Positions 1-8,053 of a DNA stretch of 40,148 bases are shown here, piece by piece (position 1 is the stretch's first letter; each line of letters starts with the position of its first letter). The notes below the pieces were generated by a model. That model saw nothing but the letters and a program-made list of their open reading frames with translations. It was not told where the DNA came from and made no database searches. The position numbers and the translations under genes are program-made. The stretch comes from Candidatus Hydrogenedens sp. (lineage in GTDB: Bacteria; Hydrogenedentota; Hydrogenedentia; Hydrogenedentales; Hydrogenedentaceae), in the NCBI GenBank assembly GCA_035370665.1, contig DAOOVZ010000003.1, positions 1 through 40,148 of the forward strand. Direction: 5' to 3'.

Positions 1-1593
1 GTCAAAGGGACTAACCATATTTGATAATGAAAGGAGAAATTGTTTCATTGACTTTTTTCTTAGGTTTCGTGCACTTAGAAACACAATTTTGTCATATATC
101 CAATAACTCAAAAAAATGCTTGCAAAGAGTACTAAAAAGGAATGAAGAATAAAATCAAGTCCTTGGTAATGCCCTAAAAAATAGCCGGGAAATACACGCC
201 AAAAAATAAATCCAATGACTACATACATAGGAAGATAAAATAGTTGAATTAAAAAATAATTAGACAAACATCTTGCTTTCCGTTCTAAATGATTATAAAT
301 ATTTTCTTGCAAAAAGTTTTTTGCCCTCTCATAAAAACTCACTTTAAAATTATCAATAATTGGGGACATAATGTCTTTACGAATTTGTGCCTTATCAAGA
401 GTAAACATAAGTTCTGATTGTATTTTGCTAAGTTCATTCTCGTTTCGCTCTGAAATTTGAGAAACCATTTTTATTACAATACTGGATAGTTCTTCTTCAA
501 AGGGAGAGATTGTTTCATCTTGTTTGGTTGTAGAATAAAATTTTCTACGAATAAAATTTATCGGATTTATCTTCCCCGGCAATGACAATAAAAACTCACG
601 AAATCTTGCAATTACAAGGAACATTCCATATAAATGCGGTGCAATAAATCTTTTAAGCCAACGATAAAATGTGCCTATTTCTTTGTTAAATTCAGATTTA
701 ATTGTTTTTTCTGAATGTAATGCTAATTCTACTTTTTTATCATTTATAAATTTTTCTAATTCATTAATATAAGGTTGAATATCTTCAACAAAACTGGTAA
801 GACTGTCTATCGCATTCTTTGCTAATCCGTTCACATTACTTGTCTTTATTTGAAAAATTTTCTGCTCGGTTAATTGTTGAACAAGAAATCTTTCTAACTT
901 ATCAAAATCAAACTCATTGCCTCCTGAGGCAATTCCTAATTTTCTATCTAAAGCCCGAAGCGCATTCACACGAAAAGTAGCCAGAGGAAAGATTTGTTCA
1001 TTCTTCAATTTTTCTAGCCAATCACTCATAATGGAGTCGTCCAAACTTTCTAACCTCGTTTCTAATAGAACAAAACCCCTCTCGTTTTTCAGTTCTCGAA
1101 TCAATGACCAGGTTGCATCTTCAAGATATTTATCTTTAAAACCACATAAAATAATTAAGTCGCATTTACCAAGTACTTTTTTAACAAATTCTCGATGCTC
1201 TTTGATAACGGTATCTGTGTCAGGTGTATCAATAATAACAATATTTTCAAGAGTTGAACGAGGGATAGATATACATTCTGCTTTAAATTCTGCATTTGGT
1301 TCCCAGTCGGGAGGATGATAAATTATAGGTTTATCTGTGCAGGGTCTAAATTGAGAAGTCTTTGCTATCTTATCACCAGCAATTGCATTAATCAGAGTGG
1401 ATTTTCCAACACCTGTTCCACCAACAATGGCAATTATTAATAAAGATTCTATCTGAGCCGCACGCTCTTTTAATTCCTCTACTCGATACTTCAATTTCTT
1501 TGCAACAGGCACAAATCCTTCCCAGACCCCATTATAATTTGAAAGTGTTTCTAATTCATTAATTATATTATCCATCATTTTTACTGGGAACAT
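1..1593 (-). CDS. Dynamin-like P-loop GTPase with membrane hairpin, second of a tandem pair; partial, C-terminus runs off the window
   Basis: Not in the supplied ORF track because it is edge-truncated. I hand-translated the minus strand as MFPVKMMDNIINELETLSNYNGVWEGF... The frame stays open down to position 1. P-loop 'IAIVGGTGVGKSTLINAIAG'; G3-like 'IIDTPDTD' (about nt 1211-1235); long helical region; hydrophobic hairpin 'YFLIQLFYLPMYVVIGFIFW...FILHSFLVLFASIFLSYWIY'. The start is either ATG 1593 (AGGAGG at 1598-1603, 4 nt upstream; overlaps the upstream stop by 13 nt) or ATG 1578 (2 nt after the upstream stop). Confidence 0.75.
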   Translation of the reverse strand, partial: MFPVKMMDNIINELETLSNYNGVWEGFVPVAKKLKYRVEELKERAAQIESLLIIAIVGGTGVGKSTLINAIAGDKIAKTSQFRPCTDKPIIYHPPDWEPNAEFKAECISIPRSTLENIVIIDTPDTDTVIKEHREFVKKVLGKCDLIILCGFKDKYLEDATWSLIRELKNERGFVLLETRLESLDDSIMSDWLEKLKNEQIFPLATFRVNALRALDRKLGIASGGNEFDFDKLERFLVQQLTEQKIFQIKTSNVNGLAKNAIDSLTSFVEDIQPYINELEKFINDKKVELALHSEKTIKSEFNKEIGTFYRWLKRFIAPHLYGMFLVIARFREFLLSLPGKINPINFIRRKFYSTTKQDETISPFEEELSSIVIKMVSQISERNENELSKIQSELMFTLDKAQIRKDIMSPIIDNFKVSFYERAKNFLQENIYNHLERKARCLSNYFLIQLFYLPMYVVIGFIFWRVFPGYFLGHYQGLDFILHSFLVLFASIFLSYWIYDKIVFLSARNLRKKSMKQFLLSLSNMVSPFD

Positions 1594-3431
1594 ATATCCT
1601 CCTTTAAAACTGTCTCCGTCATAACCTGCACAACATTGAGTTCCTTAGAGAAAATCTTTTCTGCCTCTCCTTTTAATTGGTCTGCTAATTTTATATAGTC
1701 ATAAACTACACCTAAAACATTGTATAAAATTTCATCTTTCAAAATCTGGAAAAATTCTTCTCTCTTTTCTTGAACCCACTGGGCGTGTAAATTTTTTACC
1801 TCATATAAAAAATCTCTGTATGATTTGACTTCCAATAAAGCACTCCCGAGCATTGTTCCTCCCGCAATCAAGGACTGAGAAATAGATGTAAGTATAGGAA
1901 TGGTGGAATAAAGAATGGGAGTAAAAAACAGGGCTCCAGTTCCCATTCCAACAATCAGCCATGACAATAGTCTTCTTCGTTTTAGACCTTTTAATTCAGG
2001 GGACTCAAGAAATGTTTGAACGATTTTTTTAATTTCCTCCTCCATTCCTTTTGGAGTGGTTGATATTTTTTTCTCTACCCGAATCAATACATTTTTAAAA
2101 ATCTGTTCTCTCTGATTATTTAATAAATGAAGACGACCTTTTATATATTTATTCAAAGAATCTATTTCAGGAACAAAGTCAAATTTAATCAAACTTTCTA
2201 AAAAGTCTCCAACACATTTTTCAATCATTAGTTTATGCTGTTCATTAATGACAATTTCCAAATCCTTCTTTTGGCCTTCCAACCTTTTTGCTATACTGCG
2301 GTGTCCAGAAAATATAGAAGCAGGCAGTAAAACTAAATATCGGAAATAACCGATTTGCTTGCGAAGTTCAAACTCCAATTCTTTTTCTAATTGGAAACCT
2401 GCAAAAGGATTAAAATCCGCTTCAACGATTTTTCTGAGGTGATATTCGTAATTCTCTATTCTCGATTGAAAACTATTTAATTGAGGAATATATGTTTTGT
2501 TGAACCACTCGCAGAATTGTTTGTTAAACCTATCTATGGTATTTTTCATGACCTTTTCTTTAGTTTCGCGAACAGGAAAAGAGCGAATATAATCTCTCAG
2601 GTCAAGAATATTGTCTGATAAGGAAGGAATTGGTTTGTTCAAAAAATTCTCATTACGCGGATAGATTAAAAAATAAAAGCATGGGTCATCTTCATTAAGT
2701 CCTACCTCTTTCATGAAGTCCTTTATTTGTTCCTTTGTAATTTGTAGTGATTCTGGGTCATTATTATAAACCTTATTCATCACAGGAATAACAATCTTAC
2801 CTTCATAACAAGCCCTGAGAAAAAACTGCACCACTGCGTCATCTTTATACTTCACATCTACCAAAACTGCAATGATAATATCACCCGCAGATACAATTTT
2901 TTCTGCAATATCCCAATGTTCCTTCTGGATTGAATCAATATCTGGTGTATCAAGATACAAATAAGTATCGGGCAGAGTTTCATCCTCTTTTATTAAAAGA
3001 ATATCTAATGGAAGTGATTCGCTAATTGCTTCTTCTTTGTTCTCCATTTCCTTTGCGTCGAACTCAAGAAATAATTTATTTTGTAAGCACTGCTGAGCCA
3101 TATTTTTAGAAGAAATAAGAACAGGCCTCTTTGTAGCAGCAGCAAAAGGATGAACAGGAGTAAATTCCTTCTTCAACAATACATTCAATAAAGTGGATTT
3201 GCCTGTATTTGTGCCTCCTGCCACTGCAATCACAAGGCAACCTTCACCTTCCAGATGTGGTAGAATTTTGCCAAATAAAAGCCGTTCCCACAATAAATTC
3301 TCTTTAAAAATATTCTTGCTAAAATCCGAAGGTAGTAAAGATACTTTATTCTTAAATTCCCTCCATATTACTGCAAAATTTTCAATCTCGTCTACAAACA
3401 CCCTATTCATTCTTCCTATTTTATAATTCAA
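1581..3431 (-). CDS. Dynamin-like P-loop GTPase with C-terminal membrane hairpin, first of a tandem pair
   Basis: 616-aa ORF. P-loop 'AVAGGTNTGKSTLLNVL'; G3-like 'YLDTPDIDS' (about nt 2933-2956); 'PVMNKVYNND' at the G4 position; long helical region; hydrophobic hairpin 'LLSWLIVGMGTGALFFTPILYSTIPILTSISQSLIAGGTMLGSALL'. The track start is TTG 3431, which has no obvious SD. ATG 3410 (MNRVFVDE) is an alternative start. Confidence 0.75.
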   Translation of the reverse strand: MNYKIGRMNRVFVDEIENFAVIWREFKNKVSLLPSDFSKNIFKENLLWERLLFGKILPHLEGEGCLVIAVAGGTNTGKSTLLNVLLKKEFTPVHPFAAATKRPVLISSKNMAQQCLQNKLFLEFDAKEMENKEEAISESLPLDILLIKEDETLPDTYLYLDTPDIDSIQKEHWDIAEKIVSAGDIIIAVLVDVKYKDDAVVQFFLRACYEGKIVIPVMNKVYNNDPESLQITKEQIKDFMKEVGLNEDDPCFYFLIYPRNENFLNKPIPSLSDNILDLRDYIRSFPVRETKEKVMKNTIDRFNKQFCEWFNKTYIPQLNSFQSRIENYEYHLRKIVEADFNPFAGFQLEKELEFELRKQIGYFRYLVLLPASIFSGHRSIAKRLEGQKKDLEIVINEQHKLMIEKCVGDFLESLIKFDFVPEIDSLNKYIKGRLHLLNNQREQIFKNVLIRVEKKISTTPKGMEEEIKKIVQTFLESPELKGLKRRRLLSWLIVGMGTGALFFTPILYSTIPILTSISQSLIAGGTMLGSALLEVKSYRDFLYEVKNLHAQWVQEKREEFFQILKDEILYNVLGVVYDYIKLADQLKGEAEKIFSKELNVVQVMTETVLKEDICSQ

Positions 3432-3453
3432 GACGATTATTTTTGTTTAATAG

Positions 3454-4104
3454 CTATATCTGCAATTTTGGACAGGTTTCCCGAATTGTTCTCAACACAA
3501 ATTTATTAATCTTATTTTCATCATCAGGAAACATACCTACGAACCGTATTCCAATACGATTCGGACTTTCACTCAACGCTACCTGTGTTATAGAGCCGAC
3601 TAGATGAAATGGCGTCTCCTTTTCCCATTTAGCACCTTTCAAAGAGAAAAAAATATCTGCTGAGTCACCTATCTCTAATGTTTCTGGAGACTCTACCAAC
3701 ATACCACCAGCACTGATATTTCTTATTATTACCTTGATTTTATGTGGATGTGCATGGGGTTTAATTTCTGCTGGTATATTTACAGGTATTCGCCAGAAAT
3801 GCCGTAAAAACATACCAGTAGGAGAGGTTGGAAAGGCAAGTAATACTCCTTCTGAAAAGGAATGTGAAACTTCTAATACTTCTGTTGCTAGGACAAGACA
3901 ACCCTGAGAACAACATAACTCCAAATGAACATCCATTCCAGAGAATAATCTACTCAACATTGAGCCACTTGAAATACGAACATGCTCTTCCGCCACAGAT
4001 ATAACTGTTACAGGGCATAAATTTTCTTCATAACTAAGAATGCCCATTGTCCCTGGTTTTAATGCTTCTTCTAATGCCTTTTGAATTTGACTTGTATCAG
4101 TCAT
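3454..4104 (-). CDS. PilZ domain protein (c-di-GMP receptor) with YcgR-like N-terminal domain
   Basis: Both PilZ signature motifs are present with the right spacing: RxxxR as 'RHFWR', and (D/N)xSxxG as 'NISAGG' in 'IIRNISAGGMLVESPE'. About 100 aa of N-terminal domain precede them. The longest ORF starts at GTG 4116 (MKLIM), but GGAG abuts that codon. ATG 4104 (MTDTSQ) lies 11 nt after GGAG and is my preferred start. The stop is 22 nt upstream of the first GTPase gene. Confidence 0.8.
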   Translation of the reverse strand: MTDTSQIQKALEEALKPGTMGILSYEENLCPVTVISVAEEHVRISSGSMLSRLFSGMDVHLELCCSQGCLVLATEVLEVSHSFSEGVLLAFPTSPTGMFLRHFWRIPVNIPAEIKPHAHPHKIKVIIRNISAGGMLVESPETLEIGDSADIFFSLKGAKWEKETPFHLVGSITQVALSESPNRIGIRFVGMFPDDENKINKFVLRTIRETCPKLQI

Positions 4105-4238
4105 AATTAACTTCACTCCATATATTATTTTTTGTATAATTTCTATATATTCTTATATTAAACAAACTTTTGAACCAAAATTGTATTATTCATTCTAATC
4201 AAATAAGTCTCAAAATAACAAAAGGAAAAATATTTATT

Positions 4239-6851
4239 ATGTCTTCATTACCTATATTAAGTTCAGGATTACAAGAGTTAGACTATATCCTGCGTGGTTT
4301 AATTGCAGGTGATAATATAGTTTTTCGAGGCAATATTATTGATGATTATCAAAAATTTGTGCTTCCCTTTGTTCAGCATGGCTGTATAGTCGGTAGTCCA
4401 GTAGTGTATCTACGATTTGGTAATCATCCTCCTCTTGTCAAAGAAAACCAGTCTATAAAGTATGTTTTCATCAACCCAAATGAAGGATTTGAACCTTTTA
4501 TTAGTCAAGTCCATCAAACAATACAAAATACGGAACGGCGAGCCTTTTATGTTTTTGACCAATTGTCAGATTTATCCTCTTGCTGGTTTAGCGATACAAT
4601 GCTTTGCAATTTTTTTATGTTAACATGCCCTTATTTGTTTGACCGTGGTGACCTTGCATACTTTTACCTTGACCGTTCCAAACATGCACCCAAAACAATT
4701 GCACCTATTCAACAAACAGCGCAAATCATAATTGACCTTTTCAATCACGGAGGAAAGATTTTTGTTCGACCTGTAAAAGTGCAACAAAGGCATTCACCAT
4801 CTATGCACATGCTCCATCTATGGAAAAATGAGAAGATGACGCCAATTACTGAGAGTCACATTATGGCAGAGGTTTTGTCTTCAACAATGGGCACTACTGT
4901 CAGTCCAAGTGAAGGTCCTACAGATATATGGAATCGAACATTAAGAGAAGCAAAATATATTATCAAATTGGGGGATGAAACACTCAAAGATGAACTAATG
5001 CAAACAATAATACGAATGATAATTACACGAGAAGAACGGCTCGTTTCATTATTTCAAAATTATTTTACCCTTGAAGATTTAATAAAAATTGGTCAGAGAG
5101 TTATTGGGACAGGCATGATTGGCGGAAAATCAGTAGGCATGTTATTGGCACAAGCGATTTTGCGGAGAAAAAATCCAAAGTGGAACCAAAGACTTGAAAC
5201 ACATGACAGTTTTTATGTTGGTTCTGATGTCTATTACACCTTCCTTGTTAGAAATGGCTGTTGGTGGGCACGCGAGCAACAAAAGGAGTTAGAAAACTTT
5301 TTACCAGGTGCTGAACGAATTCGGAGACGCATAATTACTGGTGAATTTCCTGAAGAAATTGAACAGCAATTTGAACAGATTCTTGAATATTTTGGCTCTT
5401 CACCAATTATAGTTCGTTCTAGTAGTTTATTAGAAGATAATTTTGGGAACTCCTTTGCAGGTAAATATGAGAGTGTATTCTGTGCCAATCAAGGTTCAAC
5501 AAGACAAAGATTAGAAGATTTTAAGGCGGCAGTCCGCACGGTCTATGCAAGCACAGTTAGTGAAGAAGCACTATACTACCGAAAACGGCGAGGACTTTTA
5601 GAAAAAGATGAACAAATGGCACTACTGGTTCAGCGTGTTTCTGGTGCTCAACATGGAAAACTTTACTTTCCAAATATTGCTGGTGTTGGTTTTTCATATA
5701 ACCCTTATGTATGGTCGCCAGAGGTTAATCCGCGTGCAGGAATGGTGCGGTTAGTTTTTGGATTAGGCACACGCGCAGTAGACCGAACTGATGATGACTA
5801 TACACGGATTATTGCTTTAAATGAACCATTGAAACGCCCAGAAGTAACAGTAAAGGAACAAAAAAAATATTCTCAGCATAAAGTAGATGTAATTGACCTG
5901 GATGGAAATCGTCTTATTTCCATTCCTATTCAGGAAATAGTTCCTCAATGTGAGGGATTGCCTATAGAACTTTTTATCTCACAAGATTATGAAGCAGAAC
6001 GATATTACAGAGAGCGTGGTCAAAAAGCACCACCTATTTTGAAAATCCGATTTGACCCTCTTATAACTGAGACCTCATTTGTCCAAGATATGTGCGAAAT
6101 TCTGTCAACCCTTGAAGAGGCTTATCAAAACCCAGTAGATGTAGAATTTACGGCAAATTTTGCAGATGAAAAAGAATATTACATTGACCTTGTCCAATGT
6201 AGACCTTTGCAAGTTAGTGACCGTTCTGAATTGCTTAAAGAACCTGTAATCAAAGATGAAAAAAACATTATTATAAAAGTTGATGGTCCAATTATTGGAA
6301 GAAGCCGATTTAATCAAGTGCATCGTATTATTTATATTGTTCCTCAGGTCTATGGTGAACTCCCCATTTCTGAAAGATATGCTATAGCCCGTGCAATTGG
6401 CACTATAAACCAATCTCCACCATTAGGGATTAGCAAACCCATTTCTGTGCTTATCGGACCCGGACGCTGGGGAACAACTACCCCCTCATTAGGTGTGCCA
6501 ATTAGTTTTTCAGAGATAAGTTCAGTATCTTTTCTATGCGAAATTGTTGCAATGCGTAATGACCTGACTCCAGAAGTCTCGCTTGGCACTCATTTCTTCA
6601 GTGAACTTGTAGAATCGGACCTATTATATTTTGTTTATCTACCCGGAAAAGAAGGTCATCTATTCAACGAATCTTTACTTAATCAATTTCCAAATCAACT
6701 AAAAAAAATTTCTTCTGGATTAGCAGGACACGAAAATGCAATTAAAGTCATAGATTTCCTTCCTGAAAATAGCACATTATCTTGTTATATCTATGCCAAC
6801 ACTTTCGACCAGAAATTATTCTTATACATAAAGGAAAGTGACGAGAATTAA
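4239..6851 (+). CDS. Fusion protein: degenerate (Walker-A-less) KaiC/RecA-like N-domain plus PEP-synthase/PPDK-type ATP-grasp (PPDK_N) domain plus conserved C-terminal domain
   Basis: PPDK_N motifs: 'IGGKSVGMLLAQAIL', 'VRSSSLLEDNFGNSFAGKYESV', 'ALLVQRVSG'. The N-terminal ~200 aa follow the KaiC-like pattern ('SSGLQELDYILRGLIAGDNIVFRG'), but 'NIIDDYQKF' sits where GxxGxGKT is expected. I found no 'TSH' phosphohistidine swivel motif. C-terminal 'GPGRWGTTTPSLGVPISF...SLGTHFF'. I prefer ATG 4239 (AAGGAAAA upstream) over the track's TTG 4170. Confidence 0.7.
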   Translation: MSSLPILSSGLQELDYILRGLIAGDNIVFRGNIIDDYQKFVLPFVQHGCIVGSPVVYLRFGNHPPLVKENQSIKYVFINPNEGFEPFISQVHQTIQNTERRAFYVFDQLSDLSSCWFSDTMLCNFFMLTCPYLFDRGDLAYFYLDRSKHAPKTIAPIQQTAQIIIDLFNHGGKIFVRPVKVQQRHSPSMHMLHLWKNEKMTPITESHIMAEVLSSTMGTTVSPSEGPTDIWNRTLREAKYIIKLGDETLKDELMQTIIRMIITREERLVSLFQNYFTLEDLIKIGQRVIGTGMIGGKSVGMLLAQAILRRKNPKWNQRLETHDSFYVGSDVYYTFLVRNGCWWAREQQKELENFLPGAERIRRRIITGEFPEEIEQQFEQILEYFGSSPIIVRSSSLLEDNFGNSFAGKYESVFCANQGSTRQRLEDFKAAVRTVYASTVSEEALYYRKRRGLLEKDEQMALLVQRVSGAQHGKLYFPNIAGVGFSYNPYVWSPEVNPRAGMVRLVFGLGTRAVDRTDDDYTRIIALNEPLKRPEVTVKEQKKYSQHKVDVIDLDGNRLISIPIQEIVPQCEGLPIELFISQDYEAERYYRERGQKAPPILKIRFDPLITETSFVQDMCEILSTLEEAYQNPVDVEFTANFADEKEYYIDLVQCRPLQVSDRSELLKEPVIKDEKNIIIKVDGPIIGRSRFNQVHRIIYIVPQVYGELPISERYAIARAIGTINQSPPLGISKPISVLIGPGRWGTTTPSLGVPISFSEISSVSFLCEIVAMRNDLTPEVSLGTHFFSELVESDLLYFVYLPGKEGHLFNESLLNQFPNQLKKISSGLAGHENAIKVIDFLPENSTLSCYIYANTFDQKLFLYIKESDEN

Positions 6852-6877
6852 CATAGTCTTGCAAAGTTCAGTTTTTT

Positions 6878-6916
6878 TATATGTCATATAGGACTTATAG
6901 GACTTATAAGTCTTAT
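6878..6916. repeat. Tandem 9-bp repeat (TATAGGACT-like, 4 units) between convergent gene ends
   Basis: Units read directly: TATATGTCA / TATAGGACT / TATAGGACT / TATAAGTCT. Contains the 12-bp palindrome GACTTATAAGTC. Confidence 0.8.
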
Positions 6917-6917
6917 T

Positions 6918-7685
6918 TCATGAGTTTTTGGGCTTATACCCAGAATACAGTAGCACAGCACCACCATTAAATTCTGTCCACTGAGTTTTAACAAATCCCT
7001 CCTCGGTAAGTATCTGTAAGAAACGGTTATGAGAAGGAAATTTACATATAGTTTCAGTCAAGTAGTGATATGAAGAGAAACAACCTGTTAAAGCCCCACC
7101 TAAACATGGAAGAATATATCGCAAATAGAATAAATATGCCTTTCTCCATAATCCTTTTTGAGGCAAGCCAAATTCGAGAATTAGTAACTGTCCACCAGGT
7201 TTCAATACACGAAAAATTTCATTAAGAGCCATGCTAATCTCTGAAACATTGCGAATACCAAAAGCCATAGTTACTACATCTACCGAATCAGAGTCTATAC
7301 CTAGATTAAGAATATCCATTACTACGAAAAAGTCCCTGTCCCTATTATAATTATACTTTTCAAAACCTACTTTTAACATTTCCACTGCAAAATCAATTCC
7401 TACTGCACATCTCTGTTCAGGATAAATATTTCTAAAACTTCTTAAAACTTCACCTGTTCCTGTTGCAAGGTCTAATAAGTAGAAATCTTTTCCTTCTATA
7501 GACATATCAATCTGCTGGATAAGTTTTTTCCGCCAATATATATCCTGCCCAAATGACAATATATGATTTGTCAAATCATAGCGATATGCAATTCTATTAA
7601 AAAGTCGAAAAATTTCTCCACTCTGTCTTAACTTATGTTCTTTATTATAATTTTTTTCTATACATTCTTGTTTTACATCTTTCAT
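6918..7685 (-). CDS. ubiE: Demethylmenaquinone/ubiquinone C-methyltransferase (UbiE/MenG)
   Basis: Family-typical 'YDLTNHILSFGQDIYWRKKLI'; SAM motif I 'LLDLATGTGEV'; 'AFGIRNV'; 'RVLKPGGQLLILEF'. GGGGAGAG SD before the ATG. Confidence 0.85.
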   Translation of the reverse strand: MKDVKQECIEKNYNKEHKLRQSGEIFRLFNRIAYRYDLTNHILSFGQDIYWRKKLIQQIDMSIEGKDFYLLDLATGTGEVLRSFRNIYPEQRCAVGIDFAVEMLKVGFEKYNYNRDRDFFVVMDILNLGIDSDSVDVVTMAFGIRNVSEISMALNEIFRVLKPGGQLLILEFGLPQKGLWRKAYLFYLRYILPCLGGALTGCFSSYHYLTETICKFPSHNRFLQILTEEGFVKTQWTEFNGGAVLLYSGYKPKNS

Positions 7686-8053
7686 AATATACTCTCCCCT
7701 ACTGAATTATGAACCATATTGATTATTGAATATATACAAATCATGTTTTTTCCTAATTTACTAACAATTGTTATTTTGATTTTAACAATGTATAGCGAAG
7801 TAATTATTAATAGAAAAATTTGATGCTTTTTTGTTACTTTAATAATATAGGAATAAATTCCTTCTTGAATTTTAAATGTTTTTTTGATATAATAAGGCAG
7901 TATTATGTCGTAACTGGCGATTATAAGTGGAATAAACCACAAGGGAGCGACATTACAAATAGCCGTTCGCCTGGGCTCGTTAATAAGTGCTTTTTCAATT
8001 GAATAATATAATAACACACAATTGAATGTATTATCACCCTTAGGAGAAATTCT

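Noticed and set aside
917-1318. 133-aa plus-strand ORF from the track
   Set aside because: It lies entirely antisense to the hand-translated GTPase gene (1-1593, minus strand), which has clear P-loop motifs. Its sequence is low-complexity with no motif or SD, so I treat it as a shadow ORF.
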